Shown here: piece by piece, positions 20,798-28,568 of the stretch
Layout: each line of letters opens with the position of its first letter
Numbering within the stretch: position 1 is the first letter of the stretch
Assembly (NCBI GenBank): GCA_001447805.1
Contig: CP013099.1
Location: 2,115,181-2,179,180 of the forward strand
DNA length: 64,000 bases
Source of the DNA: Candidatus Tenderia electrophaga
Lineage (GTDB): Bacteria; Pseudomonadota; Gammaproteobacteria; Tenderiales; Tenderiaceae
Reading direction: 5' to 3'
Program-made: the position numbers and the translations under genes
Notes under the pieces: generated by a model
Told to the model about the DNA's origin: nothing
Seen by the model: the letters and a program-made list of their open reading frames with translations, nothing else
The model's database searches: none

Positions 20798-21700
20798 TCA
20801 GGCGGCGGGCGGCCAGACCCGGTGCATTAGGTTGTTCTTGCCCGACTTTTTGATCTGGTACATCAGGTCGTCCACCGCCTTGATCATATCCCGCGCGCTG
20901 TGCATGGGGCGGATAAAACTCACCGCCCCGATACTGAACGTGACCGGCCAGCCCCGCGCCGCCATGGCCGCCAAGCCCTGGCGGTTCAGTTTGTCGATCA
21001 CCACGCCCGCCGCCGCCTTGTCGCTGAGCGGTAATAATACGGCGAATTCGTCACCTCCCAGCCGCGCCACCAGGTCACTGGCGCGGACATGCTGCTGCAG
21101 GCTATCCGCCACGGTTTCGAGCAGTTCATCGCCGCCGTCATGGCCGAAATGATCGTTGACATACTTGAAGCCATCCAGATCGATGTAAACGATTGTAAAC
21201 GGCTCAAGCTGGCGCTCGAACCTGAGCCGCTCGCGCTCGACTTGTTCAACGAAAAAGCGTCGATTGGCCAGCCCCGTCAGGGCGTCGGTGTCGGCCAGGC
21301 TCTGCTCCTGCTCAAGGGTCTTGCGCACCGTCAACAGCAAGCGCAGGATGATGAGAAAAAAGCCGAGACGCGCCAGTGTATTCCAAACCGGGATCAGTTC
21401 ATGACTGTATTGGTTGCCTTCGGCCAGATCGCACAACACCCACACCGCCGCCGACACCAAGGCCACCGTCAGCCCGACCCGCCCACCACCGTACCAACCG
21501 GCCAACATGATGGGCGCGGTATAGAACACGGCGAAGGAAAGCTCGGTGCCGCTGATGTAGTCCACCCCACCAAGCACCAGTACCAGGCCAAACCCGAGCG
21601 CCAACACGGTCGGCTTGGCCACAGACTCAAGACGTTTATGAAATACCTTCAGCATGCTAAACACATTCCCGCTGGCGTTCAACCAAGTCCACGACGGCAC
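20798..21700 (-). CDS. membrane-anchored diguanylate cyclase (GGDEF domain)
   Basis: N-terminal multi-TM region, then GGDEF domain with intact RLGGDEF active-site motif. Start may be 21655 (MLKVFHK). 96 nt upstream of the GNAT-C39 gene on the same strand. Confidence 0.85.
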   Translation of the reverse strand: MPSWTWLNASGNVFSMLKVFHKRLESVAKPTVLALGFGLVLVLGGVDYISGTELSFAVFYTAPIMLAGWYGGGRVGLTVALVSAAVWVLCDLAEGNQYSHELIPVWNTLARLGFFLIILRLLLTVRKTLEQEQSLADTDALTGLANRRFFVEQVERERLRFERQLEPFTIVYIDLDGFKYVNDHFGHDGGDELLETVADSLQQHVRASDLVARLGGDEFAVLLPLSDKAAAGVVIDKLNRQGLAAMAARGWPVTFSIGAVSFIRPMHSARDMIKAVDDLMYQIKKSGKNNLMHRVWPPAA

Positions 21701-21768
21701 TGGAAAATTACACCCGGGGACGCCAAAATGGCAATGACGATCTCACGCCAGCGAGTTGCGCACTGTCC

Positions 21769-22842
21769 ATGCCTTATTTTACTAAAACCTATCATCCGCC
21801 GGGGACGCCGCCCGGCACCCTGGTGGAACGTGCGGCCGGCGCAGCCGGCGCGTTGAGCATCCGCCTGGTCGATTACACCGATCAAGACTACCTGGATAAG
21901 GTGGTCGATCATGCCGATGAATGCCGTCCCTACCTGGAACGGGACAGTATCACCTGGATCCACTTTCAGGGCGCAATCCAGGCACAGGCACTGCGCAACA
22001 TCGGCGAGCTGTTCGATTTGCATGCACTGGCCATGGAGGATGTCATGAACAGCGGGCAACGTCCCAAGGTGGATGAATACGAAGATCAGCTGTTCATCGT
22101 CATGGCCATGCTGGACGTTCAGGCGCCGCACATGAAGGTCGACCAGGTATCGGTTTTTATCGGTCCGAACTACATCATCAGTTTCCACAACGGCGTCCAT
22201 GACCCCTTCGATCCGCTGCGCAAGCGGCTGAAAAAACGCAGCGGCCGGATTCGTTCACTCAAGGCCGATTATCTGCTCTATGGCATTATCGATCTGATCA
22301 TCGACCACGGCTTTCCGGTATTGGAACGCTTCGGCGAGGAAATCGAGACCCTCGAAGACACATTGCTGGCGGCGCCGACCCGCTCCACCCTGGGCGACAT
22401 TCACCGGTTGCGGCGCGAGCTGCTGTTGCTCAGGCGCATGCTGTGGCCGCACCGGGATATAATCAACTACCTGTCGCGCGGCGACAACGCCCTGATCGGC
22501 GCAGGCACCTTGATATATCTGCGCGACTGTTACGATCATTCGATCCAGATCATGGACCTGCTGGAAAACTACCGCGATATGGCCGCCAGCATGCACGATG
22601 TCTATCTCTCTTCGGCCAGTTATCGACTCAATGACGTCATGCGCGTACTGACCATCATCGCCACCATCTTTATTCCCCTGACCTTCATCGCTGGTATCTA
22701 CGGCATGAACTTCGAAAACCCGGACAGCCCCTGGGCCATGCCCGAGCTGGGCTGGTACTACGGCTACCCGCTGGTACTGGGCGGCATGCTGCTGATCGTA
22801 TTCGGCATGTTGTTTTATTTTCGCCGCAAGGCCTGGCTCTGA
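21769..22842 (+). CDS. corA: magnesium/cobalt transporter CorA
   Basis: 357 aa with C-terminal two TM and YGMNF (GMN) motif. Confidence 0.92.
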   Translation: MPYFTKTYHPPGTPPGTLVERAAGAAGALSIRLVDYTDQDYLDKVVDHADECRPYLERDSITWIHFQGAIQAQALRNIGELFDLHALAMEDVMNSGQRPKVDEYEDQLFIVMAMLDVQAPHMKVDQVSVFIGPNYIISFHNGVHDPFDPLRKRLKKRSGRIRSLKADYLLYGIIDLIIDHGFPVLERFGEEIETLEDTLLAAPTRSTLGDIHRLRRELLLLRRMLWPHRDIINYLSRGDNALIGAGTLIYLRDCYDHSIQIMDLLENYRDMAASMHDVYLSSASYRLNDVMRVLTIIATIFIPLTFIAGIYGMNFENPDSPWAMPELGWYYGYPLVLGGMLLIVFGMLFYFRRKAWL

Positions 22843-22894
22843 TTGACCGAATCTGTCAGTTTATTGCTATTATCCGTTGCCATAAGGAGAAGGT

Positions 22895-23701
22895 ATGGAT
22901 CCGGATACATCACAAGCACCACACTGGTGGGGCGAATACACCATCGCCGATACCAAAGGCCTACGCTGCCATATCGGGCCATTAGACCTGCTGCTACGCA
23001 ACCTGCATGAGGAATGGCAAATCGCCTACGATCGCAGCTCAGGCGACGAGGATAAACACAGCGTCTGCCAAATCAGCGAATCGGATCTGAGTCTCGAACA
23101 TTTCACCAACCATTCGCGTTACATCCTGCACGATGACTCGGGCAAAGTGTATATCAACCCGCGCTTGGCGGACCGGCCCATCGTATCCCGCCCCTGGTCG
23201 CCATTTCACCTCAGCGCGGGTCAGGAAACCACACTTTACGTCAGCTCGCCCCTGTGGATCGAAATCACGGTGGGGCACCAACGCCGCACGCTGGAGGAGA
23301 TCGCCATCCTGCGGCCGTCTGATACTTGGTTCGGCGCCTCCACGCAAGAGGGTGAGCTTTGCTACGCCTCGCGCACCAGTTGCCGTCTGCGCCTCGATGA
23401 ATTGCCCTGGCGCCCGCATCGCGCCCTTACGCCGGTGGTCATCCGTAATCGCGCCGACACCACATTATTACTGGAACGGCTCAGCCTGCCCGTGCCCCTG
23501 TTACCCCTGTTCGCCGCGCCGGACGGACGCCTGTGGACCCCGCGCGTCACCCTGACCCGCAGCGATGACGGCGACATGGCGGCGCTCAAGATCGACAAAG
23601 AGGCACCGGTGGAAGTCGACGCGGCGACGCTCATCCACACCCCCCGCACCAACGCCGGCACGGGCACCCTGGTGCGCGCCTTCAATGCCCTGTTTAGCTA
23701 A
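22895..23701 (+). CDS. conserved hypothetical protein (no recognisable domain)
   Basis: 268 aa ORF with strong SD (AAGGAGAAGGT-ATG), soluble, no TM or signal peptide. Located between corA and mscS. Confidence 0.55.
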   Translation: MDPDTSQAPHWWGEYTIADTKGLRCHIGPLDLLLRNLHEEWQIAYDRSSGDEDKHSVCQISESDLSLEHFTNHSRYILHDDSGKVYINPRLADRPIVSRPWSPFHLSAGQETTLYVSSPLWIEITVGHQRRTLEEIAILRPSDTWFGASTQEGELCYASRTSCRLRLDELPWRPHRALTPVVIRNRADTTLLLERLSLPVPLLPLFAAPDGRLWTPRVTLTRSDDGDMAALKIDKEAPVEVDAATLIHTPRTNAGTGTLVRAFNALFS

Positions 23702-23737
23702 GACCGGAAGATCCGCCCGCATGCAGAGAACGCAATC

Positions 23738-24607
23738 ATGACCGAGTTCTGGAACGAAATCACCACCTATCTCAGCAGCGAAAAGCTCTGGCTCGTGGTG
23801 CGCGCCACCATCCTGCTCATTATCGGTCTGGCGGTCGCCAAACTGGTCAGCAGTACCCTGGCCCGAGTCAGTCATAAAAAACTCGATAGCCATCGGGTGA
23901 TGCTGCTGCGGCGCGGTAGTTATTATCTTATTTTGGGCCTGTTTGCAGTCTCGGCCCTGCACGAACTGGGGTTCAACCTGAGTGTGCTGCTGGGCGCCGC
24001 GGGGATACTCACGGTCGCCATCGGCTTTGCCTCACAGACCTCCGCATCCAATCTTATCAGTGGCCTGTTCCTGGTGGCGGAACGCCCCTTTACGGTGGGC
24101 GATATTATCCGTGTCGGCACCACCTCGGGGGAGGTGCTGTCCATCGACCTGCTGTCGGTCAAACTGCGCACATTCGATAATCTGTTCGTGCGTATCCCCA
24201 ACGAGTCCCTGATCAAGTCCGAGGTCACCACCTTGACCCGCTTTCCCATCCGCCGGATCGATGTGGCGGTCGGCGTGGCCTACAAGGAGGACATCAACCA
24301 AGTCCGCGAGTTGCTGGAGGCGGTGGCGGATAAAAACCCGCTCTGTCTCGAGGAACCCAAACCGCTGTATATCTTTCAGGGCTTTGGCGAATCCTCACTC
24401 AACCTGCAATTTTCGGTCTGGGCCAAACGGGAAAATTTCCTGGAGCTCAAGAACCTCATACACCAAGAGATCAAAGAGGCCTTTGATGCCCACGGTATCG
24501 AGATCCCCTTCCCCCATCGCACCCTGTATACGGGCAGTGTCACCACACCCTTTCCGCTCAGGATGAGCAGCAGCGATTCGGCACAGGCCGACCAGGATAG
24601 GGCTTGA
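23738..24607 (+). CDS. mechanosensitive ion channel family protein (MscS-type)
   Basis: 3 TM plus MscS beta-domain (ISGLFLVAERPFTVGDIIRVG...GEVLSIDLLSVKLRTFDNLFVRIPN). Confidence 0.9.
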   Translation: MTEFWNEITTYLSSEKLWLVVRATILLIIGLAVAKLVSSTLARVSHKKLDSHRVMLLRRGSYYLILGLFAVSALHELGFNLSVLLGAAGILTVAIGFASQTSASNLISGLFLVAERPFTVGDIIRVGTTSGEVLSIDLLSVKLRTFDNLFVRIPNESLIKSEVTTLTRFPIRRIDVAVGVAYKEDINQVRELLEAVADKNPLCLEEPKPLYIFQGFGESSLNLQFSVWAKRENFLELKNLIHQEIKEAFDAHGIEIPFPHRTLYTGSVTTPFPLRMSSSDSAQADQDRA

Positions 24608-24730
24608 GCGGGCCTTAACCCGCCAGCGCGGACATTGCGAAATCTCAAAAAAACCGGTCACCAGATGTGCTAGGGTTTTAGGCATGTTGTCTCATCGCAC
24701 CCTTCAAGAACAATCAAGGTGACTCACAAG

Positions 24731-24949
24731 ATGGCAGAAGCTTCCGACTCGACCCCGTTGATGTTAAAGGCGCTCTATCCCCGCTCGCTCAAATACCTGA
24801 CCGACAATCTGCAGGCCTTGGTGCGTGGGCGCCTGTGGCTAAAGGTGATCATCGTCAAACAGGCGGCCTTGCGCACCACCACCGGCGAGGATGTACTCAC
24901 CGAGGCGCAATTGAGCGGGGCGCATAAGACCGAAGTCGGTCAAGCCTAA
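24731..24949 (+). CDS. small hypothetical protein upstream of trkH
   Basis: 72 aa from ATG 24731 preceded by AAGGTGA. Ends 15 nt before trkH. No recognisable family; may not be a real gene. Confidence 0.3.
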   Translation: MAEASDSTPLMLKALYPRSLKYLTDNLQALVRGRLWLKVIIVKQAALRTTTGEDVLTEAQLSGAHKTEVGQA

Positions 24950-24963
24950 GGGCGGGCGTCCCG

Positions 24964-26421
24964 ATGCAGGAGGCGGTCTCCACGCTCTACCACGCCGTGC
25001 GCCTAAAGGTGGTCGCCAAGTATCTCGGTCAATTGGCACTGATGCTGGCACTGCTGACCCTGGTGCCCCTGCTGGTGTCCCTGTTCTACGGCGAACACTT
25101 CTACAGTCTACGCTACGCCGGCGTGATCCTAGCCCTGCTGGTGCTGGGCATCCCCGGGCTCAAGTTGGCCGAACCGAGCGACATTCACACCAACGAGGCC
25201 CTGGTCATCACCGCCCTGGCCTTTGTGCTGTCGCCCCTGCTGATCAGTTGGCCCATGATGGCGGCCGGCCTGCCCTTTATCGATGCCTGGTTCGAGGCGG
25301 TCTCGGGCATTACCACCACCGGGCTCACGACGGTGCAGGCCTTCAGCGACAAACCCATGACCTTCCTCTTCGCCCGCGCCTGGATACAATGGTATGGCGG
25401 CCTGGGTATCGTCATCCTGTCGGTGGCCCTGTTGATGGGTCACCATAATGCCATGAAACGCCTGCTCGGTCCCGAAGGCGGTCAGAGCATGATCACCACC
25501 ACACGCCACTATGCGCGCCGCGTGTTGGTAGTCTATGTCCTCCTTAGCCTAGTGGGCGTGATCGTGGTCTGGTTGCTGCTCCAGGATGGTTTCCTGGCTA
25601 TCACCCACGTCATGACCGCCATCTCCACCGCCGGCTATTCACCACTGGACAACAGCCTGGCCGGTATCGACGACTGGGGCGCCCGGGCGGCGATCATGGT
25701 ACTGTGCTTCTGCGGCGCCGTGCCCTTCGTGCTCTACTATCGACTGTTTAAGGGCAACTGGCGCGGTGTGGTCTTCGACAGTGAATTCCAGCTCCTGCTG
25801 CTGCTCACCCTGGTGGTCAGCGCAGCATTGAGCCTCATCCTGGCCCAACAGTTCGAGTTCAGCTATCGCGAGGCGCTGGGGCACGGTTTCCTGCTCGGCA
25901 CGTCGACCCAGACCAGCACCGGTTTCAGTTCACTCGATGTCGGCGAACTGGACCCCTTGGCCAAGGGCATATTGATCATCGCCATGTTCATCGGCGGAGA
26001 CATGGGCTCCACGGCCGGCGGCATCAAGATCCTCAGGCTGTTGATCCTGGCGCGTCTGATCCAACTCATCATCCAGCGCTATACCCTGCCCGCCCACGCC
26101 GTGATCCAGCCGCGCCTCGACAATCGCAACCTGGAGCACGATGAGATCCATCAGGCCCTGGTGCTGATCCTGCTATTTATCATGGTGAATGTGCTCTCCT
26201 GGCTTGTCTTCCTGGCCTATGGGTACCCACCGTTGGATGCCCTTTTCGAGGTCGTTTCGGCCACCGGCACGGTGGGGCTGTCCACCGGCATCACCCATCC
26301 CGACCTGGAACCCAGCTTGAAAATGGTGCTGATCTTGGACATGCTGCTGGGGCGACTGGAAATCATCGCCCTGCTCATCGTATTGTATTACCGTACCTGG
26401 ATTGGAAAGAGGATGGCCTAA
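24964..26421 (+). CDS. trkH: TrkH family potassium uptake protein
   Basis: 485 aa polytopic protein with repeated selectivity-filter-like motifs (TTTGLT, STAGYS, TQTSTGFS, TGTVGLSTG). Confidence 0.92.
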   Translation: MQEAVSTLYHAVRLKVVAKYLGQLALMLALLTLVPLLVSLFYGEHFYSLRYAGVILALLVLGIPGLKLAEPSDIHTNEALVITALAFVLSPLLISWPMMAAGLPFIDAWFEAVSGITTTGLTTVQAFSDKPMTFLFARAWIQWYGGLGIVILSVALLMGHHNAMKRLLGPEGGQSMITTTRHYARRVLVVYVLLSLVGVIVVWLLLQDGFLAITHVMTAISTAGYSPLDNSLAGIDDWGARAAIMVLCFCGAVPFVLYYRLFKGNWRGVVFDSEFQLLLLLTLVVSAALSLILAQQFEFSYREALGHGFLLGTSTQTSTGFSSLDVGELDPLAKGILIIAMFIGGDMGSTAGGIKILRLLILARLIQLIIQRYTLPAHAVIQPRLDNRNLEHDEIHQALVLILLFIMVNVLSWLVFLAYGYPPLDALFEVVSATGTVGLSTGITHPDLEPSLKMVLILDMLLGRLEIIALLIVLYYRTWIGKRMA

Positions 26422-26423
26422 TC

Positions 26424-27068
26424 ATGCGCGCCGTATTCGTGGGAGCCTCATCGTTTGCCCTTATGACCGCCAATCTGCTGCTCAAGCGCGGTCACGAGGT
26501 GGTGATTATCGAAAAGGACAAGGAATGCATTGCCGAGCTGAGCGAGACGCTGGACTGCGGTTTTCTCCACGGGGACGGCAGCAAACCGGCCCTGCAGAAA
26601 GAGGCCGACCCGGACAGCACAGAGATCTTGTTCTGCCTCACCGGCGATGATCGTACCAACATCCTGGCCAGCCTGGTGGGACATTCACTGGGATTTAAAC
26701 GGGTCGTAACCCGCATCGAAGACCGCGAGCTCGAGCATATCTGCCTGGAGCTGGGGCTGGAAGACACCATTATCCCGGCCCGCACTATCGGCCGTTTTCT
26801 CGCCGACATGTTCGAGGGCCAGGACCTGCTGGAACTCTCCACCATGATCCGCGACGAGGCTCGGGTCTTCTCATTCGTGTTGCCGGAGGACTTCGAAGGC
26901 GGCGTCGAGGCCTTGGAGTTGCCCGCAGACGCCCGCCTGGTCTGTATCTATCGTCAGGACAAGCTCATCATCGCCAAGGACGATATGGACCTGCAGGCCG
27001 ATGACGAGGTGGTCATTCTCGCGCACCGCGACTGTTTGCCGAGCTTGCAGGAGCAATGGAACAGTTAG
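26424..27068 (+). CDS. trkA: Trk system NAD-binding subunit (TrkA-N plus TrkA-C; short KtrA-like form)
   Basis: Rossmann fold with GASSFA glycine motif, then TrkA_C domain; 214 aa, 3 nt after trkH. Confidence 0.85.
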   Translation: MRAVFVGASSFALMTANLLLKRGHEVVIIEKDKECIAELSETLDCGFLHGDGSKPALQKEADPDSTEILFCLTGDDRTNILASLVGHSLGFKRVVTRIEDRELEHICLELGLEDTIIPARTIGRFLADMFEGQDLLELSTMIRDEARVFSFVLPEDFEGGVEALELPADARLVCIYRQDKLIIAKDDMDLQADDEVVILAHRDCLPSLQEQWNS

Positions 27069-27241
27069 ACAGGTGTCGGGATATTTTACACATCCACCTG
27101 TACAACCCCGACACGAACACCCTAATTCATTAATTCTGAAGCCCCTGCCTGCAGTTGGCCCGGGATTTGCAATAAATTTTGTGCAGTTAAGTTGAATTTA
27201 TCGTTATCGGATGTTTAGTCATTGTCGCGCTTGGGGGTCAT

Positions 27242-27709
27242 GTGCAACACGGAGTGTGCCGCAGGAAGGGGGATCGTCGCCGCAGCCACCAACCCTTTCA
27301 CCTCTATAGCCTCGTCGGCCGGCGCCGCAACCATCGCCGCGCCGAACAGACCGCCAATGCCTGGCTGGATCATCACCCCTCCGTCTATCTCGTCGTCACC
27401 CTGGCCATCCTGGGCCTGTGTTTTGCCGATGCCTTTAATACCCTGCAATTGCTCCAAAATGGTGCCCAGGAACTCAACCCACTGATGGATGTGTTGATCC
27501 GATCCGATATTCGCCTCTTTGTCACGGCCAAATTCGCACTGACCGGCCTGGGCCTGTTATTGCTGGTGGGTTATCGCAACAGCACATTTATCAAATGGCT
27601 CAAGGCCCAGCATATCCTGTATAGCGTACTCGCCTTGTATGTCACCTTGATCCTATATCAATCGGTATTGATTCCGGATCATTTGTTAGGCCTGGTATTG
27701 CCCATCTGA
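27242..27709 (+). CDS. hypothetical membrane protein with Arg-rich N-terminus (possibly DUF5658-like)
   Basis: 155 aa. N-terminal 40 aa highly basic (RRKGDRRRS...GRRRNHRR), followed by 3 TM helices and an ...NGAQELNP... motif. Confidence 0.45.
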   Translation: MQHGVCRRKGDRRRSHQPFHLYSLVGRRRNHRRAEQTANAWLDHHPSVYLVVTLAILGLCFADAFNTLQLLQNGAQELNPLMDVLIRSDIRLFVTAKFALTGLGLLLLVGYRNSTFIKWLKAQHILYSVLALYVTLILYQSVLIPDHLLGLVLPI

Positions 27710-27734
27710 CGATGGTCGCACCATACGAGTCTGT

Positions 27735-28013
27735 CTACAAACGCTTGGCCACCAGCGTCGGCACCTTATCGCTGCGGGTCTCAAGCTTTACATAGCTCAA
27801 CAGACGCACGCTGCCCTCCTGATGCAGGGTCTCGTGGACCAGCTTGACGGCGGCGAGGATTTCATCCAGCTCGCCTTCGATGTTGGTGCCGGAGGCATGG
27901 GTTTCAAGGATAAGATCACGATCATGCAGCAGCTGGACCGCGCGCCGGACCTCCTCCCGGACCGACACCTCGCTACCCAGCGGAATGACCTGTAGTTCGG
28001 CAGTGGCTTTCAT
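27735..28013 (-). CDS. MTH1187/YkoF family thiamine-binding-like protein
   Basis: Start at MKATAELQVIPLG preceded by GGAGGAG SD. Track ORF extends 27 aa further upstream; rejected. Confidence 0.8.
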   Translation of the reverse strand: MKATAELQVIPLGSEVSVREEVRRAVQLLHDRDLILETHASGTNIEGELDEILAAVKLVHETLHQEGSVRLLSYVKLETRSDKVPTLVAKRL

Positions 28014-28104
28014 AACGGCTCCTCCCTCGATCCTTATAATGGCGGTGCCCATCACTATAGCCGATTCCGGGCCTGAGACATTACACCACCGCAATGGGGA
28101 AACA

Positions 28105-28135
28105 GAAAAAGGCCGGGGAGTACCCGGCCTTTTCT
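28105..28135 (-). terminator. rho-independent terminator (distal, after tRNA-Ser fragment)
   Basis: GGCCGGG-gagta-CCCGGCC hairpin; on minus strand followed by TTTTTCTGTTT. Confidence 0.7.
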
Positions 28136-28147
28136 CTATACTTTACC

Positions 28148-28260
28148 TGGCGGAGAAGGGTGAGCAAGGTTTCTATCAAAGCCAACGGTTTGGCTTTGAT
28201 CCTTGCGAACGCCCGAGCCTCTGGCGCGGGCTGGATGGTCACCGACTGAACCGCCAAATG
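28148..28260 (-). other. tRNA-Ser 3'-end-like fragment (degenerate tandem copy or att-like remnant)
   Basis: Minus-strand sequence ends ...CACCCTTCTCCGCCA, identical over 12 nt (CCTTCTCCGCCA) to the 3' acceptor and CCA end of the adjacent tRNA-Ser(GGA). No matching 5' acceptor strand and no T-arm. Contains internal hairpin ATCAAAGCCAA/TTGGCTTTGAT. Confidence 0.5.
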
Positions 28261-28290
28261 AAAAAAGCCAGCTGTTTAAGCTGGCTTTTG
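28261..28290 (-). terminator. rho-independent terminator immediately after tRNA-Ser(GGA)
   Basis: AGCCAGC-ttaaaca-GCTGGCT hairpin followed by T6 on the minus strand. Confidence 0.75.
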
Positions 28291-28294
28291 AGTC

Positions 28295-28384
28295 TGGCGG
28301 AGAAGGAGGGATTCGAACCCTCGATACGCTATTAACGTATACACACTTTCCAGGCGTGCTCCTTCAACCACTCGGACACTTCTC
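28295..28384 (-). tRNA. tRNA-Ser (anticodon GGA)
   Basis: Reverse complement GGAGAAGTGTCCGAGTGGTTGAAGGAGCACGCCTGGAAAGTGTGTATACGTTAATAGCGTATCGAGGGTTCGAATCCCTCCTTCTCCGCCA. 7-bp acceptor stem, anticodon loop CTGGAAA, long variable arm, GTTCGAATC T-loop, encoded CCA. Confidence 0.9.
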
Positions 28385-28398
28385 CTTTAAGGCGCGCA

Positions 28399-28427
28399 AT
28401 AGTACCCCATCTCTTTTGTTGACGCAA
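28399..28427 (-). promoter_or_regulatory. candidate sigma70 promoter of tRNA-Ser(GGA)
   Basis: Minus strand TTGCGT-N17-TACTAT followed by GC-rich discriminator TGCGCGCC ending ~7 nt before the tRNA 5' end. Confidence 0.4.
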
Positions 28428-28568
28428 TTGGCCATACTCATTTTCGCTGCGCTAATTGATTGGAATCACTGCAAAATTCCTTGAGTGGACCGATATATGT
28501 AATATGGAACCCTGCTCTATGTATGTCAGTCCCAACTAACAGCCATTAGCCAGGAAGGATGTCGGGCC

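Noticed and set aside
18256-20830. Long plus-strand ORFs 18256..19701 (481 aa) and 19748..20830 (360 aa)
   Set aside because: Exact antisense of the ATP-grasp and GNAT-C39 genes, which have clear family motifs; the antisense translations are Gly/Ala/Arg/His-rich low complexity.
27069-27130. Inverted repeat GTGTCGGG...CCCGACAC after trkA
   Set aside because: No U-tract; probably just a weak stem, not a confident terminator or regulatory site.
28148-28260. Second functional tRNA genes downstream of each tRNA-Ser
   Set aside because: The fragments share only the 3' acceptor/CCA (12 and 19 nt). Manual folding finds no 5' acceptor strand complement, no anticodon stem-loop and no T-arm, so they are reported as fragments rather than tRNAs.
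28105-28427. Integrated genomic island / prophage at tRNA-Ser
   Set aside because: The duplicated 3'-end repeats are only ~150–175 nt apart with no integrase or cargo between them. No integrase, transposase or phage structural gene occurs anywhere in the window.
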